From the human T2T-CHM13v2.0 reference genome, Homo sapiens, in the NCBI RefSeq assembly GCF_009914755.1, contig NC_060929.1: a DNA stretch of 64,000 bases; one strand, given 5' to 3'. The notes under the pieces are model-generated. The model had not been told where the DNA came from and did no database searches. It saw nothing but the letters and a program-made list of their open reading frames with translations. Shown one piece after another: positions 27,717 to 45,500 of this stretch (within the stretch, counting starts at the first letter, position 1; every line of letters begins with the position of its first letter). The position numbers were made by a program, and so were the translations under genes.

Positions 27717-30059
27717 ATCATCAGCAGCTACCCTCCAGGACAGGGAATGACCTCTATGTCCCTTCTCTGACGCATGAGATAGGGATTTGGGAGATGAAGC
27801 TGCTCTGGAGGCAGGCTCCGGCTCTTTTCCTGTCTCCTCCACCCCTCCTGTTTTACTCTGCTACCGCCACTCCAGCTGTCTTTGGAAACCTGCTAGGTGT
27901 TCTCCCATAGAGTTCTAGACAGACAGTAGTAACCAAAGCCCCCTTTCCAAAACCCATCCAAGACTGCCGCCACCCCTGTCTCCTGGGTTTTGTTCCCAGA
28001 GGTGTTCCTGTGTCTAATCTTTGTCTTTGCCTTCCACTTTTCCTTTCCCTACCCCTCAGAGGTGGCAGACGGGGCGGGCTTTCCCTTTCTTCAAGCCTGT
28101 CAGAGACCTCCCTTATGCTACATTCTCCTAACTTCCTGTGCTAATATTCACCTTCACCTTCCCTGGGGTCATAATGTCAGATAGGACACACAGAGAGAAA
28201 CAACAAAGGGAAGAGCTCAAACTCTTATCCGTACCACACAGGCATGAGTGTAGCATGTAGTCAAGTCCAAGTCTAGGCACAGAGAGCTGAGGATGACAAT
28301 TGCAGCTTTTCTTCTATCAACCTTAGCAGCTGTGGCTTTTTCTTCCTCCCTACTCCTCTTCCCTTCCTCTTCCTAGACAGCTCTCTGTTTTTCATTTATT
28401 TATTTATTTATAAAGCAGCAGAATGCTAAATGTAAAAGAGATGAAAGCAAGGCTGCTCTAGTTGTAATGGAGGTGGAAGCCAGAACCCCACCCCTATCTC
28501 ATAGCTTTGGAGTATTTCCCTCACACTCTCATCTCTTTAGAACACAGCTCGAAAATCACAGCAATAAGAGGCACTGATTCTCATATCCCATACCTTGAAC
28601 TTGTTACTATAAATAAAACAGGCATGTTACCATGACAACCTGACTGTCTGTTTAAATTGTTCCTTATAGACCAAATTAGCCAGGATCAATAGTGCTTCCT
28701 GAATGCAGAATTACTTTCCTTTTGCAAAAAAAGTTTGAACAAATTATAGAATAAGCCACTTGGGGAAACAAGGCCTGAGTTGATGCAATTAAATTGCTCT
28801 CTGCAGCTCCTCTTCAACACCCATCCGAGGCTGTTCCTTCGTGCAGCAGGGTGCCCAGGCTTGCGCTCTCCAGGCTGCTGTGTTAGTCACTGCTCACTTC
28901 CATGGCCTCTTCCCTGGCAGGCTCTTCCTGCTGCTCTGCATATGTCATTAGAAAGGACACTTCTGTCTGTAACATCCTGCTCCCCCAGGCTCAGCTGTCA
29001 TGTGACAAGATGCTGTCCTTGGAGATGGACAGATTTTAAATGACACTCCCTAAGCAGGCTTGCGGAAACAGACCTCAGAGCAGATGCAGGCCCAGGCCTC
29101 ACCCCAGCGAGGAGCTTGTTAAGGGGCATGAGTTGACCCTGAAGCCAGTGATAGTCAGCCTATTGTCCCCCAGGACATGAGAGCCAAGAATTCCTTCCCT
29201 AAGCAAAACCTGAGGAGAAGTTCAAGGAGGATGGCGATGCTGAGCTTGGCTGCATTTTTGAGTAGGAAGAGTGGAATATGGCCTCCTCCCATGATCTGAG
29301 AGTCTAGACGGGGTCCCACATTATCTTCCAACTGAATTTGTGCCCTCAATTTTGTGTCTTTTACTTAAAATGCAGATACTGCTGGGAAGGGCAGCAATTT
29401 AAACTAATTTCCACTGTGGTGTCAGGCTGTAATCTTGCTGGGTAGTATGGGGAGAGAAGGGGACACCTACAATGTCCCATGCATTTTACCAACATCTTTA
29501 TTTAGTCCTCACAACAATTTTATGAGGTCTAATCTGTGGCTTTGGGTTCTTTTTTCATTATGTTCTCTCTATTATACAAAAATAGTTAATGCCTCTGCCT
29601 TGCTGTAGAGGTGACCCAATGTTTTGGGTTTGGACAAAGACAAGCTTGGGTTCCAATTCCAGTTCTGTCACCCTCTATGAGCTATGAGACTTTGGAGACG
29701 TTATTTGCTCTTTTTGAATCTGTTACTTGACATTTGTTATTTGATCAAATCAGTCATTTGATGACTTTTATGGACGTCTCATCAGAACAATTTATAGTAT
29801 ATATTATTTTGCATAAGATTTCAAGGGTTCAGGAAGCCACTGTAGTTAGGCACTTGTGGTATATGGCAGATCTCGGGATCAGAGTGAAGGAATAAATGGG
29901 TCAGGGAGAAGCAGAGCACGTGGTATCAAAAAATTAAGTGGTGTTCTTATCTGGTGTGAGTATCTTTATAAAATTGCCAAAATTAGTCTTTAAGTTATAT
30001 TTCCTAGTTGGTAAGAGTAACAATACATTCATTTCAGGTGCTATTTAATACTTTAAAAA

Positions 30060-30505
30060 TAATTTTAAAAGTTCTAATTGTGGTTAACAAATGTAATGTA
30101 AAACTTACCACCTTAACCATTTTTAAGTGTTCAAGTCAGTAGTGACAGGTATAGTCACATTTTTGTGCACCCAATCTCCAGACTTTCTTCATCTATATCC
30201 ATTAAACAACAGCTTCCCATTCCCCCTCCCCTCAGTTCCTGGCAACCATCATTCTACATTCTGTTTCCATGAATTTGATTACCTTAGATACGGCATATAA
30301 GTGAAATCATATAGTATCTGTCTTTTTGCGACTGTCTTATTTCACTTAGCATAACCTCCTCAAGGCTCATCTATGTTGTAGCATGTATCAGATTTTCCTT
30401 TCTTTTTAAGGATGAATAATGTTCCATCATCTGTATGTACTATATGTTGTTTATCCATTCATCTGTCAGTGAATATTTGGGTTGCTTCTTCCTGTTGGCT
30501 ATTGT
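30060..30505 (-). mobile_element. L1MB 3' UTR fragment
   Basis: TTAACCATTTTTAAGTG, CCTGGCAACCATCATTCTAC, CTTATTTCACTTAGCATAA. Confidence 0.8.
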
Positions 30506-30718
30506 TGGCAAAGGAACAGCAAAGATTGCCAGCAACCCACCAGAAGGTAGGTGAGAGGCATGGTGCAGATTCTTCCTCACAGCCCTTGGAAGGAACCAAC
30601 CCTGCTGACACCTTGATCTTGGACTTCCAGCCTACAAAAGTATGAGACAATACACTTGTGTTGTTTAAGCCACCCAGTTTGTGCTACTTTGTTATGGGAA
30701 CCCTGCCAAACTAATACA
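30506..30718 (+). mobile_element. MLT1 3' part
   Basis: GAACCAACCCTGCTGACACCTTGATCTTGGACTTCCAGCC...AAACTAATACA. Confidence 0.85.
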
Positions 30719-31171
30719 AAAGGCAATCCAAGCAGCTGGTAATCTTGTTAGCCCCTCAGGAGAAGATGTTTGTGGTCCCCACTCTAGAGCCCCATAACTA
30801 ACGAAGCTCAGGTCTTTTCTCTTCCTTTGCTTCTCCAGGTATCATTTTGTCTCTCTACATGTTGTCTCCACCCATATTTCCAGTCTGAATTCCTGAGAAA
30901 GAGAAACCGATGGGCAGGCTCTGTATGTTGGCTATCTTTAGGGCAAGTGCCTGTCCTTGATCCAATTAGCTGGGTCCAGGGTCACCAGGCTCTTGCGTTA
31001 GCAGGATAGGGATATATGCACAGAAGGAAACATGTTTAAAAGAATTTTAACATGAAAACCATTCTGAGGCTTGGCCTGCCCAGTACAATAGGTGACATAT
31101 ACATGGTATTCCATCATGGGCTTAGCTTGATTTGTACAACCTCATCCTACTTGCTGCCAATGCTTTAGGAA

Positions 31172-31600
31172 AAATTAGTCAGTTTAATGCCAGGTTATAT
31201 TGTGATAACATATTAAGTCTGAAATACCAGTAATTAATGCAGCAAGTGTTTATTTCTCACTCACAGTACACATGTAATAAGGGTCATGGGGATTTCTGCC
31301 CTATACAGTCGCTTGGGGGATCAGGCTAACAGAGGCTTTACTAACTTGTACTTGCATCACTGGTAACACAGGGCCTCCTTGGCTGTCCATAAGAGAGGAG
31401 AGACACAGGAGAATCTGACTTCATTTCCCCAGGTGGGAAGTGACATATATCTCGTCCACCCTCATTTCATTGGTAAGACCTAGTCATGTGACCCACTTAA
31501 TTACAAGGAGGCCGAATAATGTTTTCTTCCTATGTGCTGGGGACCAGGAAGAGGAGAACCAGATATTAGTGATCACTAGCAATGTTTGCTTCTACTGCAT
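31172..31600 (-). mobile_element. Old MLT1 (J/K/L-type) LTR
   Basis: GTTTATTTCTCACTCAC...GAAGTGACA...CATTGGTAAGACCTAGTCATGTGACC. Confidence 0.55.
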
Positions 31601-32034
31601 AGTTCTAATGTATAGTTTTTATGTGTGCATATGTGTGTATATGTTTCATGGAAAGAAGTTTATAATCATTTGATTAACAGTACATTGATACTGGAGTGCT
31701 TTCTGGGCTATGATAGACCTAAGATTGACTAAAGGATATGTAACATTTTCCTAAGCATCAGTTATAACTGTCTCTTTTTCTCTCACTCAAGAGAGGATGT
31801 TACAATCCAAGGGGGTGCAATTACAGGGATAACTTTGAATCCACTCTAATTCAATTTTTAAGGTAAATCATTCACAAAGTTCAATACTTTAGGAATTACT
31901 TGATTAAAATTATTTACCTCTCATTTCATAATTAATCAAGATGTGTTTTGTATTACATGCTTGAAAAATCACCACTCTAAATCTTGGTAAAAGTAAAAGA
32001 ATAACCAGGAGTTGATGATTTTGAAAGAGTATAA

Positions 32035-32325
32035 CGAAAAAATATTCTGACACTTGTTAAAAGGGTAAGGAAGACTTTACTCAGGTCTACTGCAATAGGT
32101 GTCAAGACTATTGCAACAGGGAAGACTGATCAGGCTCAACTCTGAATACTGCAAGGATAGATGAGGATTTACAGCCAATGAGCAGAGACGGGGTCGATAG
32201 ATGGAAAATGACTAAGGATGAGGAGATTCTTGCTAAATTGCCTTAAGGTTCATGTTGAAGGTGGGCCAGGGTGATGACATATAAAGGTTTTGGGATTCTC
32301 ACTAAATTGACTTAGCAGGATTCTT
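32035..32325 (-). mobile_element. ERV1-type LTR fragment (MER31/MER67-like)
   Basis: GACACTTGTTAAAAGGGTAAGGAAGACTTTA...GGCTCAACTCTGAATAC...TTCTTGCTAAA. Confidence 0.5.
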
Positions 32326-34033
32326 GTTTTTCTTTCCTTTCCTTCTTTTTCCTCAGTGCTCTGTATCTCTGATCTTTGACACACACTCACTGACATGGAG
32401 ATGACCAGAGGCTAGATAAATAAGCTCAATAAATAAACATGCTATTATTCCTCCAAGGAGTATAAGAAGCATTCACACTTAAAATGATGACTACAAACTT
32501 TTTTCCCCTTCTCACCATTGCATACCAGCAGATTGCAAGTATCCTTCAAGTCGAGTGGTCTACAGCACTCAGCTTATGGAGAGGGTGTGGCACCGCATTA
32601 TATCATGCTTGGATGTTCAAGTGCTTATCCTCCCTCCTTAGTTATGATCGCAAGGGCTGGAGTCTTCTCTTTCAGCTGTCAGTGTGTAATCATAGAGCTT
32701 GGATAGTGTTTGGCACATGGCTAGCCACACTGCAAATGATCATTATTCAATTTGACTCAGAAAATAGCAATTTTCCATCCTAAGGATTGAACCTATGTGC
32801 CTGTGTTGGGGTTTATGGCTGCCTCATCAACTAATTTGAGGTACCAAGAGGGCACAAAACAAAGACACTTGCTGATCCTGGTACAATTTATTAATTTTAA
32901 GAAACTCAAAATGGAGGTTAGTTTACATTGCCAAAGTGCTGACCAAAGACCCAAAGTCCTTAAAATCTTTTTTTAAGGTAAAAAGTAAAAATTCTTCTTT
33001 AAGGGTAGTTCAAATGTTTTAACTTCTTCCAAAGAAAATATCTGCTTCATTTAAAATTAAATTTAATTAGACAGAGACGCCAGAATTTTCCTTTCAGTGA
33101 CTTGGGCATTCCTTTGGAGAGGTTAACCGAAGGAATTCTTTTTGCAAACATAAATATTGCACTGGGGTATGGTAGAGGGGTTCTCAATCAGGAGTGAAGA
33201 TATTTATATATGTATCTAAACTCTGCCCCCTGACTTCAGTACCTGTACAAGTTGTTAAAGGTCTCCAGCCTTCAAGTTCTACAGCTGTAATATGAGAAGA
33301 ATTGATTTGATTTGACAAGTTACCTTCTAGCTGTAACATGAGGGAACCAGTTTAAAGTTTCTTTGAATTTTTGGGTTGCTGTTTTCCAGATAGCACCTTG
33401 ATTTCTAGGTTCTCAGTTTTTGCTGTTTCCTTACTTTTCAGTCTGTCGAGATGTTGAAGTATCATAATTATAGACATTTCTCTTCAGTGTCTCATGATAT
33501 GAAGTAGATGTAAGTGGTATGTTATTTTAAGAATATGATTTGCATTACACAGACAGATAGATGATAAAGCTATCATGATAGGGAATAAATAGCAATAAGG
33601 ATGTAGTACCCACAGAGAAAGGAAACAAGCCATGGAGGAAACAGTTGCTTTGTTGGAATGGCTTCTTGCTTTGCTTAACATGGTAATAGATGAAAAAGCT
33701 GAAAAGAGCATGAAAGAGTCTCTTACTACTGATAATATTGGTGGCAATAGGAAATAAAGGCCATTACTCTTGCACAAAATGTAGATTTATTCATATGCTG
33801 GATTTACTAGGTGATGTTAGGTGTTGTAGCCATATATTTATAGCTAAAAATCCTCCCTCTATCAGTGAAAATTTTATAGAAAAATGTCTTCGATGATTCT
33901 GAAGTTCTTTAGTTTACAGCCTCTTATTTCCAATGAAACAACTATTTTTATAATACATCTTTTATTATGTGTGATTTCTTAAGAATTATAATTATTGCAG
34001 TTATTGCATTGTGGCAGAATAGACTTCATCTCT

Positions 34034-37000
34034 CAAGACCAGCTACATAATTTGTGGGGTCTAGTGCAAAAAAAATGCAGGACCTTTTGTCTTTTCTTAA
34101 AAAATAGAAAATAAGTGTTGTTAAAGGTATGCACTAAAATATAAAAGCTTTTTCCTTTCTTCCATGGCCTCTCCCTTGACTTGTCATGGTGGTATTTCTT
34201 TTAAATTGCTATTTAATGTCATTCTAAGTAAAGAAAGATTAAAAATTTAAATTGTTAGCATGAATTTTACAGTTTATCTTTATATGGTGCAATGCTAGTT
34301 TTAAATGCAAATATATGAGCATTTAACTGTCACGCATAGTCCCCGAAATTATACAAATTGTATTTCATAGCTCATACATGAATATGTATTTTGTTCTTAC
34401 CAGAACAGTGGAAATGCTACACAAAACTAATTGAACTGTTTTTATTTCACTTATTGATATGTACACATTCTACCAACACTATCTACCTTCGGCTTACTGG
34501 TGAGTAAGGAAGGTCTGAAAGAAAAAGAAACTGTGTATTGCCCTATCTTTCTTTTCCTTATATGCAATCATTTTCAGAGTAAGTGGTTGACTAATACAGG
34601 GAAGTAACCTGGGTCAGGAAAAGTACGATTGGGTTTCTTGGTGGTTTATGTTCCTTAGAATGCCATTGCTTTCTTGAGGCATTTGAAGCAAGATCTGATT
34701 TGAAATGAAAACATGGTTTCTTGGGGATGTCAGCACCTTCACTTACTCAGTTGTAGATATAACACGTTCATCTTATATTCCTTTTGAGTCTCACCAAACC
34801 CTTACACATTGTAGGTCCACAAGAGGTTTGTGCTGAAAGGGCATCAACAATGATATATGTTAAAGCAGTGGTGAGGAATGGTGGCAGACATTCATGTTGT
34901 GTGTATGTCCTCTGCTCATGAGAATCCATCATCCTATTGGATTTTACTTACAAAATACAATTTTAAAGAGAAAATTATTATTAATAACAAAATGGTAACA
35001 GAAAAGCATAAGATGAAAGACTGTGCCCTTTCTTTCTTTAAATTTTTTTTATTTCCATAGGTTTTTGGGTAACATGTGGTATTTGATAATATGAATAAGT
35101 TATTTAGTGGTGATTTGTAAGATTCTGGTGTACCCATCACCCGAGCAGTATACACTGAACCCCATTTGTAGTCTTTTATCCCTCACCCTCTCCCTGCCCT
35201 GAGTCCCCAAAGTCCATTGTGTCATTCTTAGGCTTTTACATCCTCATAACTTAGCTCTCACTATGAGTGAGAAAATATGATGTTTGGTTTTCCATTCCTG
35301 AGTTACTTCACTTAGAATAATAGTCTCCAATCCTATCCAGGTTGTGTAAATGCCATTAATTCATTCCTTTTTATGGTTAATTACTATTCCATCATATATA
35401 CGTATATATATATCATATGATATATATATATGATATATATATATATCACAGTTTCTTTATCCACTTGTTGATTCATGGGCATTTGGGTTGGTTCCACATT
35501 TTTGCAATTGTGAATTGTGCTGCTATAAACATGTTCGTGCAAGTATCTTTTTTGTTTAATGACTTATTTTCCTCTGGGTGGATACTTAGTAGTGTGATTG
35601 CTGGATTGAATGGTAGTTCTTTAAGGAATCTCCATACTGTTTTCCATAGTGGTTGTACTAGTTTACATTCCCAACAGCAGTGTAGAAGTGTTCCCTTTTC
35701 ACTGTATCCCTGACAATATCTATTATTTTTTTGATTTTTTGATTATGGCCATTCTTACAGGAGTAAGGTGGTATTGCACTGTGGTTTTGATTTGCATTTC
35801 CCTGATCATTAGTGATGTCGAGCATTTTTTCATATGCTTGTTAGTCATTTGTATATCTTCTTTTGAGAATTGTCTTTTCATGTCCTTAGCCCACTTTTTG
35901 ATGGGATTTTTTTTCTTGCTAATTTGTTTGAGTTTGTTGTAGATTCTGGATATTACTGCTTTGTCAGATACATAAATTGGAAAGATTTTCTCCCACTCTG
36001 TGGGTTGTCTGTTTACTCTGCTGACTCTTCCTTTTGCCAAGCAAAAGCTCTTTAGTTTAATTAAGTCCCAAGTATTTACCTTTGTTTTTATTGCATTTGC
36101 TTTTGGGTTCTTGGTCATGAAATCCTTGCCTAAGCCAATGTTTAGAAGAGTTTTTCCGATGTTAGCTTCTAGAATTTTTATAGTTTCAGGTCTTAGATTT
36201 AAGTCCTTGATCCATCTTGAGTTGATTTTTGTATAAGGTGAGAGATGAGGTTCTGGTTTCATTCTTGTACATGTGGCTTGCCAATTACCCCAGCACCATT
36301 TGTTGAATAGGGTGTCCTTTCCCCACTTAATGTTTTTGTTTGCTTTGTCGAAGATCAAGTTGGCAGTAAGTATTTAGGTTTATTTCTGGGTTCTCTATCC
36401 AGTTCCATTGGTATATGTGCCTATTTTTATACCAGTACCCTGCTGTTTTGGTGACTATGGTCTTACAGTATAGTTTGAAATCAGGCAGTGTGATGCCTCC
36501 AGATTTGTTATTTTTTTTTAGTCTTGCTTTGGGTGTCCAGGCTCTTTTTTGGTTCCACATGAATTTTAGATTTTTTTTTTTTAGTTCTGTGAAGAACAGT
36601 GATGGCATTTTGATGGAGATTGCATTGAATTTGTAGATTGCTTTTGGCAGTATGGTCATTTTCACAATGTTGACTCTACTTATCCATGAGCATGGGATGT
36701 GTTTCCATTTGTTTGTTTCCCCTATGATTTCTTTCAGCAGTGTTTTGTGGTTTTCCTTGTAGAGATCTTTTACCTCCTTGGGTAGGGATATTCCTAAGTA
36801 TTTTATTTTTTTTGCAGCTATTGTAAAAGGGGTTGAGTTCTTGATTTGATTCTCAGCTTGGTCACTGTTGGTGTATAGCAGAGCTACTGATTTGTGTACA
36901 TTAATCTTGTATCTGGATACTTTACTGAATTCATTTATCAGTTCTAGGAGCTTTTTGGAGGCATCTTTAGGGTTTTCTAGGTATACAATTATATCATCAG

Positions 37001-37287
37001 CAAACAGTGACAGTTTGACTTCTTTTTTACAGATTTTGATGCCCTTTATTTCTTTCTCTTGTCTGATTGCTCTGGCTAGGACTTCCAGTACTATGTTGAA
37101 TAGAAGTGGTGAGAGTGGACATCCTTGTCTTGTTACAGTTCTCAGAGGGAATGCTTTCAAGTTTTCCCTATTTGGTATTATGTTGGCTATGAGTTTGTCA
37201 TAAATGGCTTTTATTACATTGAAGTATGTCAGGACTGGGTCTTTTCTGATTGACTGCAGAAGTCATGTGCCCATAAAGCTCACCCTG
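34034..37287 (-). mobile_element. MER45B-like hAT transposon split by L1PB (segments 34034-35030 and 37230-37287)
   Basis: Left terminus CAAGACCAGCTACATAATTTGTGGGGTCTAGTGCAAAA; right terminus GCCCATAAAGCTCACCCTG; partial 8-bp TSD TCATCTCT/ACTTCTCT. Confidence 0.7.
35031..37229 (-). mobile_element. 5'-truncated L1PB (L1PB1-like)
   Basis: L1PB 3' end (TTTAGTGGTGATTTG...CCCATCACCCGAGCAGTATACACTG); ORF2 remnants 36327-37160 ([12 protein letters not shown]) and 35723-36358; degenerate TSD AAGACTGTGCCCTTT/AGGACTGGGTCTTTT. Confidence 0.92.
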
Positions 37288-37362
37288 ACTTCTCTTAAAT
37301 TGCAATGATAATTGTGCTAATACAAAATTTAATGACATTTATCAAAGAGTTATAAGTATTAG

Positions 37363-37651
<289 letters not shown>

Positions 37652-37658
37652 TTATTTC

Positions 37659-37894
37659 TAGCTCACTGCAGTCTTGAATTCCTGGGCTGAAGTGATCTTC
37701 CCACCTCAGCCTCCTGAGTAGCTGGGACTACAGGTACCTACCACTGCACCCACCTTATATATATATATACTTTTTAGTATATATGGGAGTCTCACTTTGT
37801 TGCCCAGGCTGGTCTTGAACTCCTGGCTTCAAGTGATCTTCCCCCTCAGCCTCCCAAAGACCTGATATTATAGGTGTGAACCAACATGCTTGGC
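37659..37894 (-). mobile_element. AluJ, partial, with (TA)n middle tract
   Basis: TCACTGCAGTCTTGAATTCCTGGGCT J-type motif. Confidence 0.85.
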
Positions 37895-40170
37895 ATTTCT
37901 TATCATTTTTTGAGTGCATACTATAAGCCCAGACAGTATAAATTGTTAGCATAGTGTTATCTGACATCTATTGCCATCTCAGGATATTGAATGTGATGAT
38001 TGCTGGCAGCAGTTGGGGATGGAGTGGAGGAAGTTGTTATGGTGATCTATTGTAGGGATCACTCCAGAACTCAGTGGTTCAAAGCAATAACCTTATACAT
38101 CTACAATTTGAGCAAGGATTGGTGGGAATAGCCAATTTGTTCTCTATTTGATATGAGCTGAGGCAAATCAAAAGTAAGAAACCAGTCTTCCTTACTCACT
38201 TGTGCAACAGATCACACTGGCTGTTGGCTGGGGCCTCAGCTGGGACTGCCTAGAACACCTACATTTGGTCTTTGAGAGGAAGTCACTTTTCTTCCCCAAC
38301 TTGACTCAGCTCAAACAAGGAGTTCTCTCCTTTTGGGTTTTAAATGACCCACTAGTATGGTAACATTGATCAAAAATTACTTCAAAAGTATTTGAGCATT
38401 AGACTCCATATAGAACTGTCTGCTCTAAATAATTTTGAGGATGATATAGCCATTCCGGTTTTATTTTGATTTTGAGCATAGTATATCTATTGTATCCTTT
38501 TACTTAGAATTTATTTGTTTTCCTAGTTAACGTGGGTGTATTAGTTTGTTTTCCCACTACTAATAAAGACACACCTGAGACTGGGTAATTTATAAAGGCA
38601 AGAGTTAACTAACTCACAGTTCTGTAGTGCTGGGGAGGCCTCAGGAAACTTATGATCATGGTGGAAGGGGAAGCAAACATATCATTCTTCACATGGCAGC
38701 AGGAAGGAGAAGAATGAGAGAAGTGCAGAGCGAAGGAGGGAAAAGCTTCTCACAAAACCATCAGATCTCGTGAGAACTCACTCACTATCATGAGAACAGC
38801 ACAGGGGAACTGTCCCCATGATTCAGTCATCTCCCATGACATCCCTCCCCCAACATGAATTACAATTCAGGTTACAATTCAAGATGAGATTTGGGTGGGG
38901 ACACAGAGCCAGACCATATCATTCTGCCCCTCCCCCTCTCAAATCTCATATCCTCATATTTCAAAACACAATCATGCCTTTCCAATAGTCCCTCAAAGTC
39001 TTAACTCATTCCAGCATTAACCCAAAAGTTTAAGTTCAAAGTCTCATCTGAGACAAGGCAAGTTCCTTCTACCTATGAGCCTGTAAAATAAAGAGCAAGT
39101 TAGTTACTTCCTAGATACAATGGGGGTGCAGGCATTGGGTAAATACACCCATTCCAAGTGGGAGAAATTGGCAAAATGAAGGGGCTACAGGCCGCATGCA
39201 AGTCTGAAATCCAATAGGGCAGTCATTAAACCTTAAAGTTCCCAAATGATCTCCTTTGACTCCATGTCTCACATCCAGGTCACACTGATGCAAGAGGTGG
39301 GCTACCATGGCCTTGGGCAGCTCCAACCCTGTGGCTTTGCAGTGTACAGCCCCCCACCCCAGCTGTTTTCATGGCTGGCTTGAGTGTCTGTGGCTTTTCC
39401 AGGCACATGGTGCAAGCTGTCAGTGAATCTACCATTCTGGGATCTGGAGAATGGTAGTCCTCTTCTCACAGCTCCACCAGGCAGTGCCCCTGTGGGGACC
39501 CTGTGTGGGGACTCTGATCCCACATTTCCCTTTTGCACTGCCATAGCAGAGGTTCTCCATGAGGGCTCCACACTTGCAGCAGACTTCTGCCTAGACATCC
39601 AGGCGTTTCCATACATCCTCTGACATCTAGGCAGAGGTTTCCAAGCTTCGATTTTTGTTTTCTGTGGACCCACAGGGTCAACATCACATGGAAGTGGCCA
39701 AGGCTGGGGGCTTGCATCATCTGAAGTAACATCCTGAGTTGTACCTTGGCCCCTTTTAGCCATTGCTGGAGTGTCTGGGATGCAGTCCTGAGGATTCACA
39801 CAGCAGGGGGACCCTGGACTTGGCCCAGGAAACAGTTTTTTTCCCTCTAGGCCTCCAGGCCTGTGATGGAAGGGACTGCCATGGAGGTTTCTGACATGCC
39901 CTGGAGACATTTTCCCCCTTGTCTTAGTGAATAACATTTGGCTCCTCGTTACTTATGTAAATTTCTGCAGCCAGCTTGAATTTCTCCTCAGAAAATGAGT
40001 TTTTCTTTTCTATCACATCATGAAGCTGCAAATTTTCCAAGCTTTTATTTTCTGCTTTCCTTTTAAACATAAGTTTCAATTTCAAACCATATCTCTGTGA
40101 ATACATAAAACTGAATGCTTTTAATAGCACCCAAGTCACCTCTTGAACACTTTGCTGCTTAGAAATTTCT

Positions 40171-43434
<3,264 letters not shown>

Positions 43435-44934
43435 AGAAATTTCTTCTGCCAGATACCCTAAATCATATTTCCCAAGTTCAAAGTTTCACAGATCTCTAGG
43501 ACAGAGGAAAAATGCCTCCAGTCTCTTTGCTAAAACACAGTAAGAGTCACCTTTATTCCAGTTTCCAACAAGTTCCACATCTCCATCTGAGACCACCTTG
43601 CCCTGGACTTCATTGTCCATATCACTATCAGCATTTTGGTCAAAGTCAATTGACAAGTCTTTAGGAAGTTCCAAACTTTCCCACATCTTCCTGTCTTCGG
43701 AGCCCTCCAAATCTCTAGGAAGTTCCAAACTTTCCCACATTTTCCTGTCTTCTTCTGCACCCTTCAAACTGTTCCAACCTCTGGCTGTTACCCAGTTCGA
43801 AAGTCACTTCCACATTTTTAGGTATCCTTATAGCAGCACCCTAGTCTTTGTAGTACCAATTTACTGTATTAATCTGTTCTCATGCTGCTAATAAAGACAT
43901 TATGTGAGGCTGGGTAATTTACAAAGGAAAGAGGTTTAATTGACTCACAGTTCAGCATGGCTGAGGAGGCCTCAGGAAACTTACAATCATGTCAGGAAGG
44001 GAAATAAATATGTCCTTCTTACATGGCGGCAGGAAAGAGAAGAATGAGAGAAGTGCAGAGCTAAGCAGGGAAAGCCCCTCACAAAACCATCAGATCTCAT
44101 GAGAACTCACTCACTGTCACAAAAACCAGCATAGGGGAACCACCCCCATGATTCAGTCACCTCCCATAAGGTTCCTCCCCCAACATGTGGGGATTATAAT
44201 TTGGATTACAATTCAAGATGAGATTTGGGTGGGGAAACAGAGCCAGACCATATCAGTGGGTTTTTATATTTAGTGGGTCTTGCTTTTTTGTTGTTGTTGT
44301 TGTTCAGTTTGGCAATCTCTGCCTTTAATTAGGGTGTTTAGACCATGCATATTTAATGGAATTATTGGCATAGTTGGGTTTAAATCTACCATCTTACTTT
44401 TTGTTTTTTATTTGTCTCCTTTGTTGTCTTTCTTTTCTGCCTTATTTTGATTTAATTTTAAAAAATGATTTCATTCTTCCTGCTTTGTTGGCTTATTTAG
44501 TGAAAACTCTTAAATTCATGTGTGTTTTTAGTGATTGTTTTAGGGTTTATAATATACTTTTTTAAAAATCAGAGATCTATCTTCAAATGATATTATACCA
44601 CTTCAAGTATAAGAATTTACAATATGTTATACTTCCATTTCTCCCTTTCTGACCTTTGTGCTATTGTAATACATTTATAAACCCCACAGTGCCTTGCTTT
44701 TATTTTATCATTAAATAGTCAATTACATTTTTAAATGATTTATAAAATAAGTAAAATGTCTTATATTTATCCACAAAGTTGCCATTTCTGGTGCTGTTCA
44801 TTCCATTACAGGGATCCAGATTTCCATTTTGCTGAAGAACTTTCTTTAACAATTCTTGTAGTGCAGGTCTGCTGGTGATAATTTTTTTCAGCTTTTGTAT
44901 GTTCAAAAAGTCTTCAATTTACCTTTTAAAAATT

Positions 44935-45500
44935 CTGTTTTTAACATATGTAATGAGGTATAATTCATATACTATAAAATTCTCCCATTTAAAGTGTACA
45001 ATTCAGTGATTTTTAGGATATTTACAGAGTTGTGTAACCATCACCACAATCAGCTTTAGAACATTTTTATTACGACCCCCACAAAAAAAAGCCCATACCC
45101 ATTATCAGTCACTCCCTTATTCCCTGCAACCTTTCCCATCTCTAAAAAACCACTAATCTATATTCTGCCTCTATAGGTTTGTTTATTCCGGAAATTTCAT
45201 GTAAATGGAATCATTCAATACATAGTGTTTTGTAACTGGCTTTCACTTAGCATTCTGTTTTAAAGATTCATCCATGTTTCAGCATGCATCAGTACTTCAT
45301 TTCTTTTTATGGCATATGGCTATGTCACATTTTGTTTATCCATTATTCAGTTGATGGGCATTTGGGGTGTTTCTACTTTTTATTTATTGTGAATAATGCT
45401 GCTATAAACATTTGCGTAGAAATTTTTGAGTGAATGTATATTTTTTATTTCTCTTGGGTATATATCTAACAGTAGGATTGCTAGATCATATCATAACTCT
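44935..45500 (-). mobile_element. L1MB 3' UTR fragment nested in the older L1M
   Basis: GAGGTATAATTCATATACTATAAAATTC...AAAGTGTACAATTCAGTG...GTTGATGGGCATTTGGG. Confidence 0.8.
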
